Shown piece after piece: positions 1-8,020 of a DNA stretch of 13,863 nt. The notes under the pieces are model-generated. The model had not been told where the DNA came from and did no database searches. It saw only the letters and a list, made by a program, of their open reading frames with translations. This stretch comes from Promethearchaeota archaeon (GTDB lineage: Archaea > Asgardarchaeota > Odinarchaeia > Odinarchaeales > JBHLKK01). Every line of letters begins with the position of its first letter. Position 1 is the first letter of the stretch. Made by a program: the position numbers and the translations under genes. The stretch is from the NCBI GenBank assembly GCA_048939465.1, contig JBHLPL010000011.1:1-13863 (forward strand), read 5' to 3'.

Positions 1-2
1 TT

Positions 3-1301
3 ATGGTTCATAGGGGACAGAAGATATTTCCCACTGAGCAGGAACTTACTTTTGCAAAGCTGAATAGCATAGGAGTTAAAAGAACCGTGGAAGAACTCAC
101 ATTGATTGAGACTTTGAAAACCCCGCCGAAGCCTGGGCAGGAAGTTCGAGAAGCACTAACGGAAGATCTTAACGAATTCTTTGGTATCAAGGAGCATATG
201 CTCCATATAGGACACCTGCAGCATTATGAAGATATCCCAGTTTATCTGGATCCAGAAACCCTCGTAGCAATGCATCTGGGCGTTCTGGGAGCAACAGGAT
301 CTGGAAAGTCCTACTTCGCGAAAGTCCTTGTTGAAGAACTGACGGGTCAGAAGCCACCTATTCCATTGGTCATATTCGACCCTCATGGAGAATACGGAGA
401 ATTGGAAAACATGATGGACACTCGAATTCTTGAACCAGATTTTCTTGAAGGCAAAAGATCATGGTCTAATACGTCCCCTTTTGCGGTGAAGTCCATGCTG
501 AAGGGTCTTATGAATACGACTCAATTTGGTGTTCTCGAACAGGCATTAACAAGAATGCAACTAGATGAGAAATGGCCACCAGAAGAAACCGATAGCATTG
601 TGGAATATATTCAGAATGTGCCCGGAAGAAAGGGAACCACGATCTCCACCGTAGCTGATATTCTACGTCGAGACAAAAGACTGAGAAATCTCGATTCTGG
701 AGAACCGATAGACCCCGATGAAGTAGCAGTAGTGGGAAAGGCCACTGTTATAGATTTCAGTGGTGGGGTGCCACTGGAAAAACAACAGAGACTTGTGGGA
801 GAAATCTCCGACCTACTGTTTAGTGCAGGTCTTCTAAGAAAAGAAGCTTTCTCCGTAGATCTATTGGTTGAAGAGGCTCACCGGTACTGCCCTGAAAGAG
901 GTTTTGCTATAGGGAGAAATTCTGGACTATCTGCAGATGCCTTAATGACGATAGCGACCCAGGGACGGAAGTTTGGCGTCGGGATGACGGTTGTTACACA
1001 AAGGCCTGCCATGGTCTCTAAGGCAATCTTGAGCCAATGCAACACACTACTCACATTCAGATTGATGAGTGTTGCAGACATCGATCAAGTCAAGGGGGTG
1101 ATCGGAAACATTCCACTTCTGGATAGGATTTCTTACTTGGCTGTAGGTGAGGCGATAATTCTAGGAGTTGGCTTGCCTGTTCCTTTCCCGATAATATCCA
1201 GGATAAGAATAAGAAAGCTCAAGCCCACCAAGTTGGAAGTCAAATTGAAAGAAAGGATAAAAAGGATGCAAAGAAGACAGAGGAAGAAGCCTACTATGTA
1301 G
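3..1301 (+). CDS. herA: HerA/FtsK-superfamily ATPase (DUF87/HerA-like helicase), probably 5'-truncated by the window edge
   Basis: Walker A GATGSGKS, FDPHGEY motif, Walker B LLVEEAH, TQGRKFG arginine-finger region and TQRPA motif. KTPPKPGQEV resembles the end of a HAS barrel, with only about 40 aa before it, so the true start is probably upstream. Confidence 0.85.
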   Translation: MVHRGQKIFPTEQELTFAKLNSIGVKRTVEELTLIETLKTPPKPGQEVREALTEDLNEFFGIKEHMLHIGHLQHYEDIPVYLDPETLVAMHLGVLGATGSGKSYFAKVLVEELTGQKPPIPLVIFDPHGEYGELENMMDTRILEPDFLEGKRSWSNTSPFAVKSMLKGLMNTTQFGVLEQALTRMQLDEKWPPEETDSIVEYIQNVPGRKGTTISTVADILRRDKRLRNLDSGEPIDPDEVAVVGKATVIDFSGGVPLEKQQRLVGEISDLLFSAGLLRKEAFSVDLLVEEAHRYCPERGFAIGRNSGLSADALMTIATQGRKFGVGMTVVTQRPAMVSKAILSQCNTLLTFRLMSVADIDQVKGVIGNIPLLDRISYLAVGEAIILGVGLPVPFPIISRIRIRKLKPTKLEVKLKERIKRMQRRQRKKPTM

Positions 1302-1353
1302 AGGCAAATGCATCAATTAGCTGATTAATCCTGTTGGTTCTGGATGGAGCGCA

Positions 1354-2298
1354 ATGACTAAAACTAGAGTAGTGTTCTCAACTGATGTACACGGGAGTGA
1401 GATGTTTTGGATGAAATGGCTACGGTCTGGAGAGTACTATAACGCAGATATAATCATCATGTCCGGAGATCTGACGGGAAAGGCAATAGTACCAATAATT
1501 GAACAGAATGGGAAGTTCTCGTGTGAGTACCTTGGCCACAAACACATCATAAAAGAAGAGAAGAAGCTCCAGGAGATCATTAATGATATCAGGCTGAAAG
1601 GACTCTATCCTTACGTTTGCACTCTCGCAGAGGCAAGAGAGTTGCAGAGAGAAGAAAAAAAGCTTGAGCAATTATTCAGAAATCTTATGGTGGAGTGTAT
1701 TGAAAAATGGCTGGGTTACGTCGATCAAATTGTGGATAAGAGAATAAGGGTTTTGGTCAATCCGGGCAATGATGACATCTTCGAGATTGATGAAATCATT
1801 AAGGAATCTGATCGGACGATTTATCCCTTGAATCGCGTAGTTCAGCTTGACGATAAACATGAAATGATAAGCTGCGAATGGGTTAATCCTACCCCTTGGG
1901 ATTCTCCGCGCGAGTGTTCAGAGAAGGAGCTCAAGAAGAAACTCGAAAGGGAATTCTGTAGAATTGAAGATTATGAGAATTTAGTCTGCAATTTTCATGC
2001 TCCGCCTTTTGACACTAATCTGGATGTTGCACCCATGCTGGACAAAAGACTTGAACAGAAGACTATGTTGGGGACTCCTCTGACTGACCACGTCGGTAGC
2101 AAAGCTGTGAAGGAGATTATACTGGAAAAGCACCCCTTGCTCAGCCTACACGGCCACATTCACGAATCCCCAGGAATGCAGAAACTGGGAAGAACAATCT
2201 GCTTAAATCCTGGTTCCAGATATATTTCGGGAGTTCTCTCGGCTTATGTGATTGACTTCACTCGAGAAAAGATAAATCATTGGTTTATTAGTGAGTAG
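1354..2298 (+). CDS. Icc-related (calcineurin-like) metallophosphoesterase
   Basis: Full metal-ligand motif set: TDVHGS, GDLTG, PGNDD, NFHAPP, LHGHIHES. GGAG lies just upstream of the ATG. Confidence 0.9.
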   Translation: MTKTRVVFSTDVHGSEMFWMKWLRSGEYYNADIIIMSGDLTGKAIVPIIEQNGKFSCEYLGHKHIIKEEKKLQEIINDIRLKGLYPYVCTLAEARELQREEKKLEQLFRNLMVECIEKWLGYVDQIVDKRIRVLVNPGNDDIFEIDEIIKESDRTIYPLNRVVQLDDKHEMISCEWVNPTPWDSPRECSEKELKKKLEREFCRIEDYENLVCNFHAPPFDTNLDVAPMLDKRLEQKTMLGTPLTDHVGSKAVKEIILEKHPLLSLHGHIHESPGMQKLGRTICLNPGSRYISGVLSAYVIDFTREKINHWFISE

Positions 2299-2329
2299 AT
2301 TGAAATGTGCTCGGGAAGAGTCTGGCTGG

Positions 2330-2509
2330 TTACATATCCCAACTCACAAATCTGATCTTTTCATGGCATCTTTTGCAAAAAACGTGGCCTATCTCGTTCA
2401 CCATGAAATCTTCTTCATTTTTACATCTCGGACATTTAAGCTCCTTCCGTTTGATTTTCCCCTCAAGTTCCTGTTCGTATTCTTCCATTGTGTATTCATT
2501 CCTGACCAT
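2330..2509 (-). CDS. Small Zn-ribbon protein (59 aa), CPRC-x15-CKRC
   Basis: Two CxxC pairs with TFIIB-ribbon-like spacing (CPRCKNEEDFMVNEIGHVFCKRC). Start reassigned to the ATG at 2509 (MVRNEY), which is preceded by the SD-like GAGTGAT. The ORF track's longer start at 2581 adds non-protein-like sequence. Confidence 0.65.
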   Translation of the reverse strand: MVRNEYTMEEYEQELEGKIKRKELKCPRCKNEEDFMVNEIGHVFCKRCHEKIRFVSWDM

Positions 2510-2652
2510 TTCAATCACTCTTGGATTAGGAGCTCTGCCCTTGATTATTCTGAATACTCGTAAGATGAATATTAAGCGCATCCTACAAGGTGGCTGATTA
2601 AGAATAAGAGAACCAAGTATGATAGTTACTTCTCCCCGTCAGCTTTCTCAGC

Positions 2653-3504
2653 TTACTTTTTCTTCTTCTGGGATTCCTTTGATCGCTTCGCTTCTTCTCC
2701 GATTTTTTTCAGGCCATAGAATCCGAGCGGGGGAACTCCAGCCTCGGGCATGGTACTTGGGACTAGCATTATCGTGTTGGTACCAGGTTGTTGGCCGATC
2801 TCGTAAAGTATATTCATCCATCTTAGGGACAATGCCTTCACGTTCTTCTCGTATAGTTCTGCTGCATCAATCATCTTTTGGGCAGCCTGAAACTCGGCTG
2901 TTGCGAGCGTCACTCTTGCAAGCCTCTCTCTTTCAGCTTGGGCTTGCTTGGACATGGCATCTTGGAGTGCAGCAGGAATTACAACATCTTTGACTTCCAC
3001 TGCTGTAACTTTTATTCCCCAAGCTTCTGTCTTCTCGTCGATTATTTCGCGTAGGTGTGTTCCTACCCTTTCTCTTTCAGCCAGGAGCTCGTTAAGCTCT
3101 ATTTTTCCTATGACCTCTCGCAGTGTTGTTTGTGCGGCCCACTGGGTTGCTGTCAAGTAGTTTTCTACATTTAGTATGCATTTTTCAACGCTTACTGGTT
3201 TACAGTACATTATTCCGTCTACGTTTACAGGGACGTTGTCCATGCTCAGTGTCTGTTCTGTTCTAAAAGAGATGGTCCTTATTCTTGTTGATATGGTCTC
3301 TGGCACTTTCTCTATTAATGGTATGACGTACGTTATTCCGGGTCCCCTTACCCCCACAAAACGGCCGAGTCTCAGAACCGGTATGCGTTCCCATTCTTTA
3401 ATTATGCGTATGCCGCTTAGTAAAACCGACGCTACAACTATTATCACTACTGATACGATTATCCAGAATATTAATACTTCATCCACTCCATCTCTCCCCC
3501 ACAT
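2653..3504 (-). CDS. SPFH/band-7 stomatin-like (slipin) membrane protein
   Basis: N-terminal TM helix, EWERIPVLRLGRF, AAQTTLREVIGKIEL, WGIKVTAVEVKDV, AMSKQAQAERERLA coiled coil. Exact start uncertain (GTG at codon 7 is possible). Confidence 0.95.
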   Translation of the reverse strand: MWGRDGVDEVLIFWIIVSVVIIVVASVLLSGIRIIKEWERIPVLRLGRFVGVRGPGITYVIPLIEKVPETISTRIRTISFRTEQTLSMDNVPVNVDGIMYCKPVSVEKCILNVENYLTATQWAAQTTLREVIGKIELNELLAERERVGTHLREIIDEKTEAWGIKVTAVEVKDVVIPAALQDAMSKQAQAERERLARVTLATAEFQAAQKMIDAAELYEKNVKALSLRWMNILYEIGQQPGTNTIMLVPSTMPEAGVPPLGFYGLKKIGEEAKRSKESQKKKK

Positions 3505-3525
3505 ACAAATGCTGAATGAACGAAT

Positions 3526-4254
3526 TTAAGCTTTTTCACCCGAAGCCCTCACAATGAGAACTAAACCCTCTTTATCGACAACCTCCACGTGTTCTCCTTT
3601 CATAATTGATTCTTCTTCAGCCCTTGCACGCCAGTATTCACCCAAGACCCTGATTTCACCTTGAGGATACAGATCTGTCATAGCAATCCCTTTAGCTTTG
3701 ACGAGAGCCTCCCCTCCGGTTCTAACTTTGAGTAATCTGGTTTTGGCGAGTTTAAAGACCAGGAACTCAAAAAAGACAGTGGATATTACAGCCATAATAA
3801 AAAGAATTTCTTGAATTTGTGTTGCGACGTGTTGATAAAGCATCCATTGAGGAGAAGAAAAAAGAAACAAGGTTCCCAAGATTATGCATATTCCGCCGCT
3901 AATAGCCAAAATGCCGATACTTGTTTTTAATTCAGCAACTAAGAGTGTAACGCCTAGAACAAATAATAAGACTGCGGAGGGCGGTATCCCGGTGACTCCG
4001 AAGGAGATTAAGGCTATGAAAAGACATGTAGTGCCCGCAATTTCGGCGAACCACCCTGGGGCTTTAATACCTACAAAAAGAGCATAAATACCAACAATAA
4101 GGAGTAGAGAACTCACTATGGGGTTGAAAAGAAATTCAAGAAAACGGTCAATCAAAGGTCCATCCAGAGACAGCGGACTCGGAGGAGAAGCAAGTACCTG
4201 CTTCTGTATTAAAGACAGGAGTATGGCTGTAAAGCATATTGCTGTCAGTGTCAT
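3526..4254 (-). CDS. nfeD: NfeD-family membrane protein (TM domain plus C-terminal OB fold) lacking the ClpP-like protease domain
   Basis: NP(IV)SSLLLIVGIY..PG membrane motif, about 5 TM helices, C-terminal GGEALV..GIAMTDLYPQGEIRVLGEYWRAR OB fold. Lies directly upstream of the SPFH gene. ATG at 4254 is preceded by GGAGGAG. Confidence 0.88.
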   Translation of the reverse strand: MTLTAICFTAILLSLIQKQVLASPPSPLSLDGPLIDRFLEFLFNPIVSSLLLIVGIYALFVGIKAPGWFAEIAGTTCLFIALISFGVTGIPPSAVLLFVLGVTLLVAELKTSIGILAISGGICIILGTLFLFSSPQWMLYQHVATQIQEILFIMAVISTVFFEFLVFKLAKTRLLKVRTGGEALVKAKGIAMTDLYPQGEIRVLGEYWRARAEEESIMKGEHVEVVDKEGLVLIVRASGEKA

Positions 4255-4590
4255 CTCTCCTCCACAGCCTTCATTCATCTCTCCATTAATCCGATTATCT
4301 GTTCCCTATAAGAAACTTGTGTAGAAATCGGTGAATTCTAAGAGCGGAGTTGTTATTGTCTCTTCTGAAACCTGCTTTGACTTCTTAGTGAGTAGATTGA
4401 ATCTAAAAGGCTGGAGAGGATCTTGTAAGCCTAAGTCACTGAATTATACCTCCTATGACATATTTCACAATAAGTATAAATGTGCATCTTCTATATTCTT
4501 GTGAAGGGAAAAACATAGAAGACCTCCGATTCTTGATATCCTTGAGTCTAATTAGCTTACTTACTGTTAAACAAAGCAAGGTGATTATTC

Positions 4591-4806
4591 TTGCCTTACC
4601 GAGTGGAAACAGCTGATATCCCTATGTGGAAATATCCGAAACATCCCAAAAAGATCAAAGCACTAATACGTAAACGGTTAAGCTACGTGAAGAAGAAGCA
4701 AATGCGGTATAAACCTAAGAAATGGAAGCTGAATACACACAGAAGGTTAGACCACGTGAGGAAAGAACACAGGTATCACAAATACGGAAGGAGGAAGCTG
4801 AAGTAG
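4591..4806 (+). CDS. Small, very basic protein (71 aa); C-terminal two-thirds weakly resemble ribosomal protein eL39
   Basis: TTG start with GGTGA SD at 4580-4584. 17 K + 10 R of 71 aa. Ends RRKLK. The ORF looks real; the eL39 assignment is tentative. Confidence 0.6.
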   Translation: MPYRVETADIPMWKYPKHPKKIKALIRKRLSYVKKKQMRYKPKKWKLNTHRRLDHVRKEHRYHKYGRRKLK

Positions 4807-5008
4807 ACTAACTGTTCGAGACCAAGCCAAGTTCGTATTGCTTCCGCTCAAAGAAAGAGATCAATGTTGCTTTCTTGCTCTCAGAACATCTACCCACACA
4901 GAAAGATTTTAATTATTGACATTCTTATGTACGCTTTAACTTCTTAATGAGCTTCAGCTCGATGAAGCGAGCACCAGTCAAATGAAAAACCTCCGATAGA
5001 TATATGAG

Positions 5009-5836
5009 CTAGCCAAGATTCAGCAGAGATTCAATTCTAGATTTTGCCTGTTTTAGCGTTAAGGGATAGGGTTGAGGGAGGTCTAGTTCGACAAACAGTT
5101 GAGTCATAATAGTTGGTCTTAGACCGTGTTTTTTTAGATGTTCAAGATCAGTCAGCACAGCCTCGATTGTCCCCTCTTTTCGTATCTTTCCTCTGTCAAG
5201 AACGTAGCACCTGTCAGCTAATTCTCCTATGAACTCTATGCTATGGGTGGCAATAATCAAGGTCTTACCTTGCTTCTTTAGGTACAAAAGCAAATTCAAT
5301 AATGACTCCACGCCTTGCGGGTCGAGGTTCAGTGTGGGTTCATCAAAAACAAGAATCTCAGGATCCATAGAAAGCACAGACGCTATCGATAGCTTTTTCT
5401 TTTCTCCGAAGCTTAAATTGTAGGTTATGCGTTCATTATATCCTTCAAGACCCACATTTCTTAGAGCCTTATTTACCCTTTGCATAACCTCTTCTGGTTG
5501 AAAACCCATGTTTAGTGGTCCGTAAGCCACTTCCTCCTCAACTGTATTCTTAAATATCTGGTCATTAGGGTCCTGAAATACGAAGCCTACTTTTTGACGG
5601 ACTAGTAGGCGATCCTTTGGCTGGAGAGTGTTCAGATTGTCAACTATTACTTCTCCCTTCTGCGGGATAAGGATGGCATCGAGGTGTAGAAGGAATGTGG
5701 ACTTTCCAGCCCCGTTGGGTCCTATCAAACCAACGCATTCGCCAGGGTAAACCTTGAAGTCTACTTTAGTTACGCCACAGCCTGTGCCGGGATATTTGAA
5801 AGTCACGTTTTTAGCTACAATTATGGGCCTTTGCAT
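5009..5836 (-). CDS. cbiO: ECF transporter ATPase (CbiO/NikO)
   Basis: Walker A GPNGAGKST, Q-loop VFQDPNDQIF, signature LSFGEKKK, Walker B VFDEPT, H-loop IATH. GGTGA SD upstream. Confidence 0.95.
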   Translation of the reverse strand: MQRPIIVAKNVTFKYPGTGCGVTKVDFKVYPGECVGLIGPNGAGKSTFLLHLDAILIPQKGEVIVDNLNTLQPKDRLLVRQKVGFVFQDPNDQIFKNTVEEEVAYGPLNMGFQPEEVMQRVNKALRNVGLEGYNERITYNLSFGEKKKLSIASVLSMDPEILVFDEPTLNLDPQGVESLLNLLLYLKKQGKTLIIATHSIEFIGELADRCYVLDRGKIRKEGTIEAVLTDLEHLKKHGLRPTIMTQLFVELDLPQPYPLTLKQAKSRIESLLNLG

Positions 5837-5850
5837 TTATCATCACCGCG

Positions 5851-6702
5851 TTAGATTAACATTAGACTATTCAGATAGGGGACTATAGATGGGAACACAA
5901 TCCGTGTGTCAACTAACAGCAATAGTATCAAACCCCCACTAAAGATTACAAAATACGCCAAATCTTTAGGTGTTATTCTGAGAGTAGTTAGTGATCTGAA
6001 TTTTCCGTTGAAGCCTCTGGCTAGCATGGCATTATATACTCTTTCTGCTCTTTTGTAACTCCGTCTTAATATGTTAGTAACAATCGTTCCAACTGACTTC
6101 ATTCTTTGCAATAAGTTCATTTTATTAACGGTTCTCGAATCCCGAGCTCTAGATACTTTCAGAGCCTCATCTGCAATTACAAATATGTAACGTAGCGTTA
6201 AATCGAACAATAACGTGAAGGTCTTAGGAAAATGAAGCCTGTCGAAAGCATTAGATATTTTATCAAAACTTGTGGTTAATATGAGCAGGTTGGCGAGGCT
6301 TACTGTAATCCAGACTCTCAAAATGAATTTTAATGCAGTGTACAGTCCTTCTCGGGTTACAGTTATCGTCAATCCGTCTAGACTCCAAGAAGCGATAGGA
6401 GTCCCCGGAGTTATGAACGGTAATGGGATGGCTATTATGATCGCAAATAGGGTTACGAAGAATAGGGTGCGAAAGAAGAATTCCTTAATAGGGACGCGAG
6501 CTGTGATGGCAATTGCAAAAACAAATGAGAATATTAAGAGAAATATGATGATGTTCGAAACCAGAATAGTGCATATGATTCCTGTCAGAGTTGAAAATAT
6601 CTTTATTCGCGGGTCAATCTTGTGAATTAGGCTATTTCTACGGCTGGTCTCCTCTAGAATTAGGCTTTCTCGGATAAACTTCAAAAGTTTGGAAAAGACC
6701 AT
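5851..6702 (-). CDS. cbiQ: ECF transporter T component (CbiQ/NikQ)
   Basis: IHKIDPRIK start motif, several TM helices, LRYIFVI..E, ARDSR and AMLARGFNG conserved Arg motifs. Operon position matches. Confidence 0.93.
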   Translation of the reverse strand: MVFSKLLKFIRESLILEETSRRNSLIHKIDPRIKIFSTLTGIICTILVSNIIIFLLIFSFVFAIAITARVPIKEFFFRTLFFVTLFAIIIAIPLPFITPGTPIASWSLDGLTITVTREGLYTALKFILRVWITVSLANLLILTTSFDKISNAFDRLHFPKTFTLLFDLTLRYIFVIADEALKVSRARDSRTVNKMNLLQRMKSVGTIVTNILRRSYKRAERVYNAMLARGFNGKFRSLTTLRITPKDLAYFVIFSGGLILLLLVDTRIVFPSIVPYLNSLMLI

Positions 6703-6737
6703 CAGAAACTACTCCCGGAAGGGAAAGCGAATAGACT

Positions 6738-7040
6738 TCATCTATTCCTCTTTAGCTTTGTATAAGCGAATACGATTCCACCGGATAATACCCCGACTAT
6801 TGCCATTCCAATTAACCCAGAGATCAATGTTCCAGTCCACTCATTTCCCACGTTAATGAAGTAATCCGGAATAGCCCCCTCCCACAGTTGTTCTGATTCT
6901 CCGATACCCAGGTTCTCAGCCACTCTTTCCAGCCCGTCTGGAAACGCTGATGTCAAAGGGATTAGAATTGCTAATAGCACAATGGTGGCTGCTATGGCCA
7001 TTTTCGCCCATCTCGGGAATGTTGATTCTTCCTTCGTCAT
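6738..7040 (-). CDS. PDGLE-domain accessory membrane subunit (NikN/CbiN-like)
   Basis: Two TM helices flanking SAFPDGLERVAENLG and a PDY motif. Start overlaps the upstream stop (ATGA, 7037-7040). Confidence 0.9.
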   Translation of the reverse strand: MTKEESTFPRWAKMAIAATIVLLAILIPLTSAFPDGLERVAENLGIGESEQLWEGAIPDYFINVGNEWTGTLISGLIGMAIVGVLSGGIVFAYTKLKRNR

Positions 7041-7741
7041 TGCTTGGACACCTCATTACTATTCACTTCAACCACCGATGATTGCTTTACTACTATGTTG
7101 AAGTGTTCAACCTCTGGGAGCAAGTCGGGCTGAGTTTCCATCATTGTTCCCACAACCACAACTGAGATTACGCCCTCTCCGAATCCTATTAGGATATGCC
7201 AAAATAGCATTGCGGGGACGGTCACTTCCACCCCGTACGGGAAAATGCTTGATATACCGAGTTCGATACCGCATATTGCAGACGCAATCATAACTGAAAT
7301 CCATGCTCCTGCAAAGACACCGCTCATTATTCCTAATTTGCTCTTAGCTAGTTTTCGAACGAAGTAGTAAACTGCGAAACCCACAAACACCGTCATTATA
7401 CCCATGTTAAACGAATTGGCACCCAGGGCAGTTAGGCCGCCGTCTCCAAATATCACTCCCTGAATCACCAATATGATAGTCATGCCGACTATGGCAGAGA
7501 AGGGCCCAAGGAAAACAGATAGTAATGTCCCCCCCAAAAGATGTCCACTTGTCCCTCCTATGATGGGGAAGTTGAGCATCTGTGCCGCAAACACTCCTGC
7601 AGTTAAGACAGCCATCAGTGGAACTGTTTTGGGGGTCATTGTCTTATTAGATTTATAGAACGATATTACCCAGAATGCTATTGAGACTGCATACAGAGTA
7701 GCACTTAGTGCTAAGTCCAGAAATCCATCTGGTATGTGCAT
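7037..7741 (-). CDS. nikM: Ni/Co ECF substrate-binding component (NikM/CbiM family; MHIPDG N-terminus suggests nickel)
   Basis: N-terminal MHIPDGFL, plus FAAQMLNFPI.GGTSGHLLGG, GDGGLTALGAN and HILIGFGEG motifs. AGGTGA SD upstream. Metal specificity is inferred from the motif. Confidence 0.9.
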   Translation of the reverse strand: MHIPDGFLDLALSATLYAVSIAFWVISFYKSNKTMTPKTVPLMAVLTAGVFAAQMLNFPIIGGTSGHLLGGTLLSVFLGPFSAIVGMTIILVIQGVIFGDGGLTALGANSFNMGIMTVFVGFAVYYFVRKLAKSKLGIMSGVFAGAWISVMIASAICGIELGISSIFPYGVEVTVPAMLFWHILIGFGEGVISVVVVGTMMETQPDLLPEVEHFNIVVKQSSVVEVNSNEVSKQ

Positions 7742-7772
7742 TCTCTATCACCTATCATGCATAATTGGTATT

Positions 7773-7799
7773 GTAATATAAATCTTACGTTCGTAACAC
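7773..7799 (-). promoter_or_regulatory. nikM promoter TATA box (TTTATA, 7782-7777) overlapped by an imperfect dyad GTAATA-N15-TAACAC (candidate NikR-type operator)
   Basis: TATA about 36 nt upstream of the ATG. The half-sites flank the TATA box with 15-nt spacing. Confidence 0.5.
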
Positions 7800-7823
7800 G
7801 CATAACATAAAAAACACAAATTG

Positions 7824-7850
7824 GTATTACGAAATCTTGCTCAATAATGC
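7824..7850. promoter_or_regulatory. Second candidate NikR-type operator GTATTA-N15-TAATGC
   Basis: Dyad with one mismatch and the same 15-nt spacer as the first box, upstream of a Ni-type ECF operon. Confidence 0.5.
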
Positions 7851-7992
7851 AGACCCCAAAATTCCTTAATATGCAGTTCTATCTGTTTGCTGGATATTTG
7901 ATTCATGATATTGGAAGAACTTGAGTCTTCTTTTTGAGAAGTTCCCAGATTATGTTGTAGAAAGCAAAAAAATACCTGGCCTCAATAAGATA

Positions 7993-7999
7993 TTTATAA
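7993..7999 (+). promoter_or_regulatory. Candidate TATA box (TTTATAA) for the 781-aa surface protein gene; likely leaderless mRNA
   Basis: Ends 21 nt before the ATG at 8021, has a purine-rich BRE-like stretch upstream, and no SD is visible. Confidence 0.45.
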
Positions 8000-8020
8000 C
8001 TGGAAACTAGATAGTTATTC

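Noticed and set aside
4851-4968. Short hairpins AAGAAAG/CTTTCTT (4851-4876) and GCTTCA/TGAAGC (4951-4968) between convergent genes
   Set aside because: Stems are only 6-7 bp with no clear T-tract or ncRNA signature, which is compatible with chance.
7914-7935. GAAGA-N7-TCTTC followed by T5 (terminator-like)
   Set aside because: It lies in a divergent promoter region with no upstream gene to terminate, and the stem is only 5 bp.
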